Made by a program: the position numbers and the translations under genes | Notes under the pieces: model-generated | The model's database searches: none | What the model was told of the DNA's origin: nothing | The model's input: only the letters and a program-made list of their open reading frames with translations | NCBI RefSeq assembly: GCF_021869535.1 | Contig: NW_026262745.1 | Coordinates: 8,494,001-8,558,000 of the forward strand | Length of the DNA: 64,000 nt | Reading direction: 5' to 3' | Source of the DNA: Mytilus californianus | Taxonomy: Eukaryota | Shown here: positions 24,101-35,622 of the stretch, in pieces | Layout: each line of letters starts with the position of its first letter | How positions within the stretch are numbered: position 1 is the stretch's first letter

Positions 24101-24137
24101 GCTAAAAGCTAGAGAGGAATCTACAAGCAAATCTTAA
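17967..24137 (+). CDS. PRXL2C: Peroxiredoxin-like 2 (AhpC/TSA_2, PRXL2C/AAED1 or SelU-type) selenoprotein, 217 aa, U48xxC51 motif
   Basis: Exons 17967-18118, 20401-20663, 21448-21545 and 23997-24137 (654 nt). All introns are GT-AG with consistent phases. Spliced protein: MASDKSIADELG..LLVFLRNLA-U-IAC-QMKIQAF..IRLVFIS..DLFSDPQLHLYKLFSLKRG..GDSWQQGGTVILDTEANIKYVHVEEHPADWPDMEKVLPLMGIQ..STSKS*. These motifs match, from memory, PRXL2C FVRHFLCYIC, DPEREIYKRLGMKRG, GDPAQQGGTLIL and VLQLVGVQ. The TGA at 18108-18110 occupies the first redox Cys position. The symbol is a family-level best match, not a tested orthology. Confidence 0.9.
20401..20663 (+). CDS. Selenoprotein coding exon 2
   Basis: Acceptor tttttgtag ends at 20400. 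T20401 completes TGT (Cys51). Donor GTATGA at 20664 (phase 1). Confidence 0.9.
20862..20958. mobile_element. 97-bp fold-back MITE with 8-bp TSD in selenoprotein intron 2
   Basis: Arms of 47 and 48 nt are near-perfect complements around a 2-nt centre. TCATTAAG is duplicated at 20854-61 and 20959-66. Confidence 0.88.
21448..21545 (+). CDS. Selenoprotein coding exon 3 (GDSWQQGG motif)
   Basis: Acceptor cctacag. Encodes GIKLGYETGHLAGDSWQQGGTVILDTEANIKYV. Donor GTAAGT at 21546. Confidence 0.9.
22242..23310 (+). mobile_element. Helentron-type non-autonomous element carrying a roughly 191-bp tandem array (about 5 units), in selenoprotein intron 3
   Basis: GTC microsatellite near the 5' end. Unit starts at 22337, 22528, 22720, 22911 and about 23102. 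Perfect 16-bp palindrome GGGTTCCGCGGAACCC at 23284-99 near the 3' end. Confidence 0.75.
23997..24137 (+). CDS. Selenoprotein coding exon 4 (terminal)
   Basis: Acceptor tttgttttgctttcag. Encodes HVEEHPADWPDMEKVLPLMGIQNTSIDYKMAVNDWLKAREESTSKS, then TAA TAA. Confidence 0.88.
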   Translation, partial: HVEEHPADWPDMEKVLPLMGIQNTSIDYKMAVNDWLKAREESTSKS

Positions 24138-24303
24138 TAACAATAACATAAGATGGCATCAGTGTAAATGAATGAATGCATGTGTTTATACATTTTTTCA
24201 AGTTGCAAAATAGCTTATATTTAATAGCAATTATTTTCATAATTTTACATTTATGTCAAATATTTATTAAATTTTGAATTAGTCGATGATTATCTATAGA
24301 AAA

Positions 24304-24366
24304 GATGATAGAATGATGGTTGATCTATAAAGACATGGTCACTAATCAGCCTGATGGTAAATCATC
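24304..24366 (+). promoter_or_regulatory. Eukaryotic SECIS element (form 2) in the selenoprotein 3' UTR
   Basis: Helix I GATGAT(24304-09)/ATCATC(24361-66). Core ATGAT(24313-17)/TGAT(24352-55) gives the tandem G.A/A.G quartet. Helix II GGTTGAT(24318-24)/ATCAGCC(24345-51), extendable by 2 bp over a bulged C. Unpaired AAA at 24329-31, 11 nt above the core. Apical mini-stem GAC-ATG-GTC. Confidence 0.9.
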
Positions 24367-24424
24367 AATTGATAATCAGATATATTGTTATATACCATTC
24401 TTTTGTATTAATTTTGTAATATGT

Positions 24425-24430
24425 AATAAA
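24425..24430 (+). promoter_or_regulatory. Probable polyadenylation signal of the selenoprotein mRNA
   Basis: AATAAA about 60 nt downstream of the SECIS. Confidence 0.6.
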
Positions 24431-24774
24431 GATTTTTAAAAATTCCTATTTCCTCATGTCACTATGTATACAAATATTCTATAACAAAACGTTTCATTGT
24501 TGACATCAGTTTTGCCCCAGTGGATTTTTTGAAAAAATTATTCATCTACATCACATATTTTCTCTCATGATGACACAGAAAGTTAAAGAAACCTGTTTTT
24601 TTCTTGTATGGCAAAAAAATATGTATACATCATTTTGTGATCTCACCTATTACAAAAAATGTTGACTCTATTTTTTTTCTGTTCAATCATTGAGGTTGTC
24701 ATTATTGGCTTCCTGGGGTTTCTATGGTCAAATAATGATTTTAACAGGATTTCAGGTATCAATATTCTAAAAAA

Positions 24775-25352
24775 AAAAAAATGGGGAATGTGTCCATGGG
24801 ACACAGATGATGCCCCCTTTGCATATAATGTTATAAAGGGACAGAACTCAAGAACGGTAAAATTTGTACTTGATCTGAGTTTTGTGGTAATAAGCATTGT
24901 GTATAAGTTTCATAACATTTGGTTGAGGCAAACTTTAGTTAGAGAACGGAAACAAAAAATTCAGCAATTTTTCCATTTGTAAAGGGGCATAACTCTAGAA
25001 CAGCAAACGTGACGTCACCAAAATTCAAACTCAATCTGTGTTTTATGGTAATAAGCATTGTGCATAAGTATCGTTAAATTTGGTTGAGGCAAACTAAAGT
25101 TAGAGAACGGAAACAAAAAATTCAGCAATTTTTCCATTTGTAAAGGGTATTACTCTAGAACAGTAAAAGTGACGCCACCCAAATTCAAACTCGATTTGTG
25201 TTTAGTGGTAATCAGCATTGCGTTTAAGTTTCATAGTATTTGGTTGAGACAAACTAAAGTTAAAGAACAGAAACCAATTTTGGTACGTAGGGACGTACAG
25301 ACGGACAAGGGTAAAACCTAATGCTCCCTCCGCTACATCGGGGGCATAAAAA
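24775..25352 (-). mobile_element. Helentron-type element with a roughly 158-bp tandem array; same family at 51987-52722 and 59050-59485
   Basis: Shared gatgatgcccc head, repeated ggtaataagcattgtgtataagtttcataacatttggttgaggcaaac units, GACG/GACA microsatellite and terminal hairpin. Confidence 0.75.
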
Positions 25353-25545
25353 AAATGACTACTTGAAATTCATACAATATGTCATAATATCCTTCAATTT
25401 TAGGGCTACAGGATTGGTATACCTGCCTCTGGGTGCAGGATTTTTTACTGCATTGTAGCCAATTGGTGGCCTTGGGCTGTTTTTAGCTCTTTGGTTGGGT
25501 TGTTGACTCATTCCCCGTTTCCATTCTCTATTCTATTTCTAATTC

Positions 25546-27126
25546 AACAAGCATTCTGAGAGTATTGCATGGCAATACATAGTCCCCTACCGTTTAAAAA
25601 TTAATTGTACTGGAACAATATGCTAACTTGATCTATGACTTGTCATGATGTAAACTATATAACAATCTTCAAGCATGATGACAGAGTGTGGAAAACTGAT
25701 TATTTAAGAATGTATTCATCTGATGTTTCAGTCACGTTGAAATCTCGTTCTGGAATTGTTTCCAAAACATGAGATACAAGTGGAAAATTACAAAGAATTT
25801 TTAAAATATTATAATCAAACATAACTCTGTGAAAAAATTGTGTATTTACAATATGTAGTTTTTGAGTAATAAAATTTTCAAATTTTATTACCAATCAAGT
25901 CAGTCTCATTAGCCAAAATGTTGAGAAAATGGGTGAGGGGTACAAGAAATGAATTGACCAGAAACATGTACATCCGATATAATTTTTTTTCTTTTCAAAT
26001 TTCTTAGATATGTATTTTTTCAATCATTTATAACAAAGAAATTGAAATAATATACTTTATGGAATCTACTGACAGAAGATTTACCAGGCATTGGTTCACT
26101 TGTGTTTAATTTTTTTAATTAATTCTTTTAATATGCTTTTTATTTAAAAAAAAAAGAGAAAAATCCCACATTTACAAAATTGACAGCATGGTAAATTTGA
26201 CACTAAAAAGCAACAAAATTTTACAAAACTTTCTTATATTAACACCTACCTATAGTTTTTTTTTAAGTTAAATCTATTCAGATTGGTCCACTTCATCTTA
26301 ATTGAAAGTATGAAAAAAAGTTTAATTGTGAAACTGTGATTTTTTTCATGATTGTAGCCCAAAAATGGGTAAAAATTGATGAAAAATGGGAAAATCATCA
26401 GAATTCGGAACTTTCAAATGGCCGTAGCAAAAAAAGAAGTGCATATGATTTTTTCTTCGCCAATTATCTTTTTAAAGTCATATAAACCCAAAAATCAAGT
26501 AAAGAAAAAAAGTTTAATTCTAGAAATTTTTGGCTCCTCAGAGGTGTACATCCTTCAGTGAATTTTCTAAGTCCAAGGACCATAACTCTGCAAAAAATCA
26601 TCAGACCAGAACAAAATAAGAACTTGGTCTGTAACTTGTCATGATAAAACTATATACCAATTATCAAATATATATCTTCAAGCATGATGAAAAAAAGTGT
26701 GGAAAACGGATTATTTGAGTGAATTTTTTAAGTCCAAGGACCATAACTCTGCACACAATCATCAGACCCAAACAATATTCAAACTTGATCTGTAACTTGT
26801 CATGACAAAACAATGTACAAATTATTAAATGAATATCTTCAAGCATGACGAAAAAAAAATGTGTAAACTGAATATTTGAGTGAATTTTATAAGTCCAAGG
26901 ACCATAACTCTGCACAAAATTATCAGACCAGAACAAAATTCGAACTTGATCTGTAACTTGTCATGATAAAACAATATACCAAATATCAAATCAATATCTT
27001 CAAGCACGAAGAAAAAAAGTGTGGAAAACTGATTTGCCGGACTGACAGATGGACAAACAGACAGACAGACAAACAGACGGAGTGCAAATCTAAAGTCCCC
27101 TTCGACTTTGTCGGTAGGGGACTAAT
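25546..27126 (-). mobile_element. Helentron-type element with a roughly 160-bp array at 26560-27030
   Basis: Sub-terminal inverted repeat AGTCCCCTACCG (25581-92) and CGGTAGGGGACT (27112-23). GACA microsatellite. Repeated tccaaggaccataactctgca units. Confidence 0.65.
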
Positions 27127-27717
27127 TACAAAGGTTCTTTCTTCTGATGATCTGAAGGAAAGGTGTTTGAGTAAAACTGGTTTAACCCAACCACATTTTG
27201 TGCCTGTACTAGGTCCAGCTATATATCTTGACTGTGTGTTGTTCCTTGTCGTTTGTGTGTCAGTAATTTTTTTCAGAGGTGTCCAGTGTTGGTCTGGTCT
27301 GTGTTCCATTCATATTTTTGGCGATTCTTGTTAATGTATTAGATCACTTGATGTTGTGTGCTAAGGTACACTAGAAATTTTTACATGGTACTGGACTTGC
27401 ATTCAAAAGACAAGTAAGTTATTAAACCAAAGTTTTTTAATGGTAAAGTTGAAGTTATTTCATGGAATGTTTTACCAATTCCAATGATCTGGTTGACCCC
27501 TATGAAATATCTGTGTCGCAGATGATGGTGGATATGTTCCATATGATGTAGCCGCAATCTTGAGCTCCTTTTGTCGTTTAGGACTATCACTAATTACATT
27601 TAACAAATTTCCTACATAACTGGTTGATTTCCTATACATTAAAGTGCAACCTTTTCCTTTGCTGTAGAGTAATTTCTTAAATCATTGATATTATTTTTGG
27701 AGAAATATGAACGAGAT

Positions 27718-28258
27718 CATCTTTGCTAGCCAAGGGTTACGATCCACTTCCCTCCTCTCCACCCTTGGCAGATTAAGCCAACATTTGTGATAACAGTGTT
27801 GTGCCATCTATCGGTAGATTAAAGTCACGCCCATTCCGAATACATTATTCTTGGCCAATGGTAGCACTTGAACTCTTCAATTTGGAGGTAAAAACACGGT
27901 AGCGTCTAGATTCTACACACTTGGTAAAGCAGGAAACGAAAATATACGTTGACTTTCATACATTTGTGCAAGAAACATACACAGGAACTTCTATTAAATG
28001 ATTATAAACATTCAAATTGTCACTAAATATAGTCGTGTGTTTAGGGATGTAAAGACTTGTTGCACAATAAGCACGTGCCAATTGTTTACATACACTTTCT
28101 ACATTTACACGATCATGTTATAGACGCTTTTTGATTGGATGCAGCGAGTTTCAACTGCAACCAATGAAAATCACTACCTTGTGTCTCCGAAATTCTATCT
28201 CAATCCGCCAAGGGAGGAGAGGAAGGAAGTGGATCGTAACCCTTGGCTAGCGAAGATG
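27718..28258. mobile_element. Mutator-like MITE (roughly 53-bp TIRs, 9-bp TSD)
   Basis: TIRs CATCTTTGCTAGCCAAGGGTTACGATCCACTTCC.. and ..GGAAGTGGATCGTAACCCTTGGCTAGCGAAGATG. Flanks GAACGAGAT and GAACGAAAT match at 8 of 9 positions. Confidence 0.8.
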
Positions 28259-28882
28259 GAACGAAATGGGATGAGGGGTTAACATTTTTGAGAATGCAAC
28301 TTTCCCAAAAAGATCAGTTTTTCAAACATTTAAAACCTATTTTTTTATGAGTGACTGAAAGGTTGTTATATACACTAGTAAAGTTTATTACGAGGTTTAA
28401 CATCTATCAATTCAAAAGGAAGTTGTGATACGTCCAGATTTTACTTGCCATCTTTCTTCCCTTTCAGGTTTTCCTCCTAGTCATGATAAATATGTGTAGG
28501 TTTAATGTGATGTAATATATCAATTGGGAGCTATTCTATGTCAGACAAAGAGCCACTGGAAAGGGTTTTAAAAACTTCTAGTTATATTTTTGACATAACA
28601 AAAACTTTCAATTTATATATTTTATTAACAATAATTTATAATTGTAATTTTATAACAGTGACTGTGTCAAAAATTTAGATTAATAATTTCATTTCCTAAT
28701 TACAAATTCCAGATGATATTCAAGATAAATGAAATTATTTAAATTAAGTAAAAAAAAACTTTATAATTACAAAAATTAATGTCTGCCCTAATTTAATGTC
28801 TGTGTCGCTATAGCTACAAACACAATAAAAAAACTGGCATGTGTATTCTGTCTTCTGTTGGATTTAGTAAACAAATCTTCTT

Positions 28883-28914
28883 TCAGTAACCATGTGATGA
28901 ATTTGACGATTTAC
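28883..28914 (-). CDS. Candidate ubinuclein terminal exon B
   Basis: Strong acceptor ttgttgttttattttgcag. Phase-1 compatible, encodes GKSSNSSHGY*. AATAAA on the minus strand near 28620. Confidence 0.4.
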
Positions 28915-29140
28915 CTGCAAAATAAAACAACAAATTTACTTAGATTAATTAATTAATTAGAATACTCCAGGATCTTTTTTATGATTTGATAACTCTACTG
29001 TCCCTAATCAGCATCATGTAAAATTGTCAGTGATGGAAAAATGAGTTAAGTATACAGAAAATGAATCAGAAATGTGTTATAAAGTGGAATAATGCACTGT
29101 TTATCCCTGATATGCTACACTCACAGAACTAATTTTTCTC

Positions 29141-29710
29141 ATAATTAAAGAACCTTATTGAGCGTGCTCACATACCCCATTTCCCCACATTGTCATTGGA
29201 GAAATAAAATAAGTGTAAGAAAAAAAAATTGAATCATAATTTCCTGTCAATATGCACATCTACATAGTATGTCCTTATTATCTACACAGTTTCATGAAAT
29301 TCTGTTGTGTGGTTTGAGAGGAGTTGTGATGACAAAAGGTTGCAGCAGTATATTGGGCAAATAAGTACAAAGGGGCGTAACTCCTAGAAAAAAAATTGAA
29401 TCGTAATTTCCTGTCGATATGCACATCTACGTAGTATGTCCTTATTATCCGAAAAGGTTTCATGAAATTCTGTTGTGTGGTTTGAGAGGAGTTGCGATGA
29501 CAAAAGGTTGCAGTAGTATATTGGGCAAATAAGTACAAAGGGGCGTTACTCCTGGAAAAAAAATTGAAACGTAATTTCCTGTTGATATGCACAACTACAT
29601 AGTATGTCCTTATTATCTAAAAAGGTTTCGTGAAATTTCTGTTGTGTGGTTTGAGAGGAGTTGCGATGACAAGAAACAGGACTGACGGACTGACGGACGG
29701 ACAGACAGAT

Positions 29711-29743
<33 letters not shown>

Positions 29744-29762
29744 TGTTGCGTGGGGTATAATA
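29141..29762 (-). mobile_element. Helentron-type element with about 3 units of roughly 168 bp
   Basis: Repeated tatgtccttattatc..gaaattctgttgtgtggtttgagaggagttg units, GACG/GACT microsatellite, and terminal hairpin ataccctccgcaacttgttgcgtggggtat. Confidence 0.7.
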
Positions 29763-30888
29763 AATAAAAGCAGAAATAACTATTCCAGAGCCAATCAATG
29801 AACAAATCAAAATAAACAAATCCAGACAGCCAATAGTGGAAATCTACTTTCAGTGGAATAGATTAGTCTGATATTTTAGAACCAAGTCTTTACTAGCCAA
29901 TGGTAACATATTTATTTATACGCATTCTACCCATCTTCATGATCTTATTGTGTATCAACTTTCAAATATTTCTATTTGCTTTTTATACACAAGAATTACA
30001 AACACATATAGTTTCTACAACTGCATGGCCATCAAGTGTGATACAATATTTCTCCAAAAGAGACAGAAATTTTTCAAATTTAATCACAAGACTTGTTGGG
30101 TTCTGTAAATGTTTAGTTTTTTTTTTTTTACATTTTCGAGAGAGGAATAATATCGTATTGCACAAGATTCTTTTATTGGAATCTCTTTATCATTTATAGA
30201 CAATATGAAGACAAACTTTTATCTTTCTTTTTCAATGATCTGCAAAAATATGCTTTCTTTCTATGTGATGTCATCAGGCATGGTTCCCATTTGTTCCCGA
30301 TGTCATAATAGCAAATTCAGAGGAAAGCAAGAAAATTTGACATTACCATTACATTTGACCAGTGAACAGATGAGATCAAATGTACCACAAACTGATACTC
30401 AATCAGTTGTTGAAAGAATTAACGGCTAAGAATTAGAGAAAAATAAATTTACTGACACACTTCAATCAAGAGTTAATCAATAAATACTGTGACATTTAAT
30501 AAAGAAAATTAAAGAGGTTGTGACAAATAGACAAAAGAAGAAAAGGTGATCATAAATCCAAAGAAAAGTCAATTCAGAAGTCATAAACTGGATATATATA
30601 TATATATATTTATATACATAGTAGTAAATACAAGTACATTGTATGTGTAATACAATCGATGGCAATCATGCTGTATCAGCCATCGGTGATGATATCGATA
30701 TCAGTCACGGTTGCAAAGGCTTTATCAAACCCCTAATCTGTATGATGTCACGAAATCGATATCAGTCACCGTTACAAGGGCTTTATCAAACCCCTTATAT
30801 ATGTTTTACGTCATGTCACGTGAAAAAACATCTAAATTAGTTGTATTTGAGGTACATGTATATAATAAAGTGTATATGATATGGCTAT

Positions 30889-30990
30889 TTCAATATCACA
30901 CTCTGTATCAACCCTCAACCAACATAATCCTTCCAGCAGAGCTCTTGGGATTATATTGGTGTCTCGGGTTGATACAGGTGTGATATTGAA
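30889..30990. repeat. Roughly 100-bp imperfect palindrome (fold-back element)
   Basis: ttcaatatcacactctgtatcaaccc pairs with gggttgatacaggtgtgatattgaa; an inner aacataatcc/ggattatatt stem is also present. Confidence 0.75.
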
Positions 30991-33028
30991 AAAGCCATAT
31001 GATATTTTCTCTCTCTCTCTATATATATATATATACCATGTACCATATATACACAACAAGAGTGCACACACTGTATTTGGTATATTTAGATTTCTAATTT
31101 CAGAACCATAATATAATGCCTCATACAAATACTAATCATGATCAATATCATTTTCTGAAAGTTCTTTAATGATACATGAAATATATTTATAAAAGGCCTT
31201 CGGAACTTTGTATAATGTGTATCTGAATGAAGGTTATCCTAAAAAGCATAAGTTGGTTCATCAAATATATTACAAACCACTATCTAACACGAACAATTTA
31301 GTTTCTTCTCACCTACTTTACTGACCATGACGATAAAGGTTTTACTACAAATATAACATAAACATAACATTATCAATGATCCTTGACTATGAGGTCAAGG
31401 TCAGATAAACCCTACCTGACAGACATATACACCTTACAATCATTTCATACTTCATATATAGTTTACCTATTGCTTATAGTATCTAAGAAGACCAAACTAC
31501 TGACACTTGACATTGACCAATAAACCAGGAAAATCAGGTTAAGACAGATGATACCTGCCAGACAGACATGTAAAACTTACAACCAATGAATCCATATACC
31601 AAACATAGTTGACCTATTGCTTATAATATTTGAAAAACAGACCAAAACACACACAAAAATCAAAGCAAGGACAATGGACATATGAATAATATTTTTTTCT
31701 TACATTTCTATCTTAAACTGAATGCTCTGTAATCTATATAGATACTGCATGATTTAGCTAAACCAACTATAATTATTACAAATCAAAAATAGGCAATATT
31801 TTTCAATACTCATACAATTGTTCCCTTAGTGCAGGTCAATGTCCATGCTAGCAATACAATTAAATACCATACAATCTAGTCATGCTAGTAGTATAAAACA
31901 GTGTGGTATGATTGCCAATGAGACAACTTATAAGTGTGTGCAATAGTTTCTTCTCACTTTTAACACATAATACCTGATTTTCATAAGTAGTCATTGATTT
32001 GCATTTTTCTATCAAACATAACTAAAACATTAAAACAACTATGACTTGGAAGATTCAAGTATTAATAATGTATTGATACGTGTGATTCAACAAGAATAAG
32101 GAGAAACAGGCTCCTTCTAATCAAATGTATTTTAGAGTATATCAAATGGAGATAAGTATTTTTTATATAAAATGAAACAAATCCAAATGTTCTAGAAGTT
32201 TCTTTCTGAGATAAATTTTTTTACACACTGGTCAACCTAGGTTATTAATGGATGCTTTACACATATATAATATATATTATAAAATTGAGAATGGAAATGG
32301 GGAATGTGTCAAAGAGACAACAACCCGACCATAGAACAGACAACAGCAGAAGGTCACCAACAGGTCTTCAATGCAGCGAGAAATTCCCGCACCCGGAGGT
32401 GTCCTTCAGCTGGCCCCTAATATATATATATATTTAAGAGTTTTTATTGTTTAAGTACTCGAGAGGCTACAATAGACAGGTTATCCTGTTTTATATATGT
32501 ATGGCTTTCACATATATGTATAAGGTTCAAGCATTCACCAAATATGTTATTTCTACATAACTTTGAATCACCATGGAAAACATATTTAAATTTTTAAAAC
32601 AAAAACAAAACACACAGAGGCACATGGAGCTGTCTTATAAATTATGGTAGTTCCAAATGGAATTTCCCACAAAATCTTGTGTGTAGAAATTAGCAATTAA
32701 TGATTGTGTTAGAATTCCAATACAAAACATGGCTACTAAAATACAGTATCTTAGCATCATTGGTGATACTTTTACAATCTGACAACAATTGAGTGAACCG
32801 TACACTAAGACAAAGCAAATTCTTACATTTCTTGAAATATACATTAATAGTGTATCAATAAAATCAGGCCCTTTTACCAAAATAATTATCTATGCAAGAA
32901 TAGAAACTTAAAAGAGAAACATCCAGATAAGAATGTTTAACTAGCATAATTTTGACACTTAGCCCAAAGAGCATAGAAACTTCTAATAGCCCATGCAAAA
33001 GATATGATGTTCGAAATAAAAATTATGA

Positions 33029-33183
33029 AATAATTCATGGGGGCTTGAAATTATATTGATTTTACCACGGGTGGCCCTTTATGCTAAATATTTTACCTCG
33101 AGTCATAGCGAGGGGTAAAATATGGGCAAAAAAGGGCGAGCCCATGGTGAAATCAATATAAATTCAAGCCCCCATGGATTATT
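33029..33183. repeat. Roughly 155-bp imperfect palindrome (fold-back element)
   Basis: aataattcatgggggcttgaaattatattgattttacca pairs with tggtgaaatcaatataaattcaagcccccatggattatt; inner atattttacctcg/cgaggggtaaaatat stem. Confidence 0.8.
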
Positions 33184-34548
33184 TTTATTCTAATAGGACA
33201 ATGATGGCAATTCTATTTGATCCAAGTGATCTAGGTAATGGAAAATATTTGCTGTTCCTATATTAAACACACTATTATCATTGATGTAAAAGACGAAGAA
33301 AACTGAATTAGTGATATGCTTAAAAGATTGACAATAACTTACTAAGACAGGTTTGGATGAAGTTGAATGATTATCTTACTTTTATTTAAGAAAATGGGTT
33401 TTCGACAAATTCTAATCATCATTTATTTATGTTTTCAGGTTTTGACTACTTTCAGTTTTTCGTAGAATGCTTATAGGTTCTTGTCATCGTTCAATGACGA
33501 CATTTACAACATCTGACCTCGGGTAACTCATTCATTAAAAGCATACGACATGGGAGTAAGATTTAATCAGCCCAAACAAATTATGATATTGCTGAATTTA
33601 TTCGTATTTTACCACAGGTGTGTACTCAACGGGTTTGAAGAACGTCATATTAGAATAATCATTAGACTATAAAAATAAAATGATAGACATGCAATCTTAC
33701 CAAAATATGGACTACATGCAACTCTACATTATAAAGAGATTGGAATACAAATTTAGGACGTAAACACACAAATATATGTATCAAACAAAATGTGATTCAT
33801 CTCAAGATTATTCTCACAACCTAAGATTGCTTCATTAAAACATAAAATACTCAAGGAAGACTCTAAACTCTTCTGATGAATGAAACTGCAGAGAAATGAA
33901 GGTTTCTGACAATTTTCAGTCTTCCCATGGTAGTATGTATGTCTGAATGAAACATCTCTATAAATCATGATTATTTGTGATGATATAAAAGTTTGAAAAT
34001 CAATTGTTACTAATAGAGTCCTAAATTGGGTTCCTAACAGAGTAACTGTTTATGAATCAAGCATATCCATTTTGTAAACAGGTTTCACATCATTTAACAT
34101 AAATCTCTTATACCATAATGGCCTAAGGTGGAAATTATATATCAATTTCTGTTATGGTTAGTTCATTACTAGGATATACTTTCTTATAAATCATTTACAC
34201 AAGATGAATACTGAAGTAAATAATTGAAATATGACCTTGACCATGAACAGTTACTCTAAAAAGACTATAGAGTTTACATACAATGCTTATTACACAACAC
34301 CACACAGGGACTTTTACCTGTATAGTAAGTTCCATAGGGATAAGTTGATTGTTGTGTGGTAAAGGGTGGGAAAAATCCTGTAATATCACCATATATACAT
34401 AAGATAAACACATCTTTAATTTCAGTTTAAAAAACATTTAATAAAATATTTTCTACGGTCATGTACCATTTGGTTTCCATAAAGCAAAAGGCTTAATACT
34501 ATGCAAAGATAATGTACCAGTTGTAGTAGAGATGTCAATAACCTTGCA

Positions 34549-34745
34549 TCAGTATGTTTGATCATAAACATCATCTAGATTGTTTAATATATGAATGTTA
34601 TGTCTTGTTTTTCCAGGTATCAATGGCTTTAAAAAGAGAACTGTTAGGAAATTTAACTTGCAGGGATGGTTAGACCCACATAAGTGTAATTTTATTGTTA
34701 TTTCGAACAATCCATTCATGTTAGGGATAAACCCCATCAATCTTC
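34549..34745 (-). CDS. Candidate ubinuclein terminal exon A
   Basis: Acceptor catacattttag. Phase-1 compatible and open for 64 codons (GRLMGFIPNMNGLF..) to TGA. No recognisable homology. Confidence 0.35.
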
Positions 34746-35622
34746 CTAAAATGTATGTTAATTCAAACTAAGATTTCTTAATTCAAGAAACAATAAATAT
34801 ATCTGCAAATTTGTACAAAAATTCCTTAAAATTGCCTTGTAAATAGCACAATCAGGATATACAACTCTGGTTGTTCCAGAAAAAAAATCAAGTCTTTCAT
34901 GGCTTTTAAAATTCTGTAGGAGGTAGAGCAATAAAGTGAATTTCTTATGAAATAAGCTGTAAAATTCTGTATGTACAAATGTATCTTTTGTAGGAGTCCT
35001 AAGAAAGTACCTTCGATGACTCACATTGTTTTTCTAAACATCTCTCATTTTATGAAATATTATTTACAACATGTATTATTCTTAATAAAATTCACAAATT
35101 GTAGGTAAAAGCTCTTAATGACTTTGTGCTTTGCAACACCTTCATATTAAAACTATGAATTAACTAGTAATTCTATTGCTTGATTTATGTACTAGTTCTA
35201 AAAATTCATATACCGTAGATTCATTCATTTTCATGAGTACCAGTTTTAGTGGAATGAGAAAAATTGCATTTTTGTGGATACTTGATTTTGTGGTTTAGCC
35301 AATTTATGCATATAAGCCTATAGAAAGATTGTTTTAATTTACCTATTCCAACTGAAACTCACGGAAACTTTTGAAATCCCATGAATTTTATAAAGCGTCC
35401 AAAGTAAAAATACTATTGGATGACTGCACTTATAAAAAATACTACCTAGAACCTACTGTATACTTTACATACATATATTAATGATGGATATCTGATTTCT
35501 ATAATTACCTGCTGGACTTTGTTGTGTTTCAGTTGTTATAAATGGTATGTTTTGACTGACATAAATGTGCTATATGAAATGTAACTATATTTATATATTT
35601 ATATATTGTTTTCTATAATTAC

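Noticed and set aside
30205-30429. Plus-strand 74-aa ORF with coding-like composition
   Set aside because: There are no partner exons or homology, and it is short enough to be chance.
35509-35569. Extra ubinuclein exon ending in the duplicated donor
   Set aside because: No phase-1 acceptor gives an open frame, and the intervening intron would be only about 53 nt.
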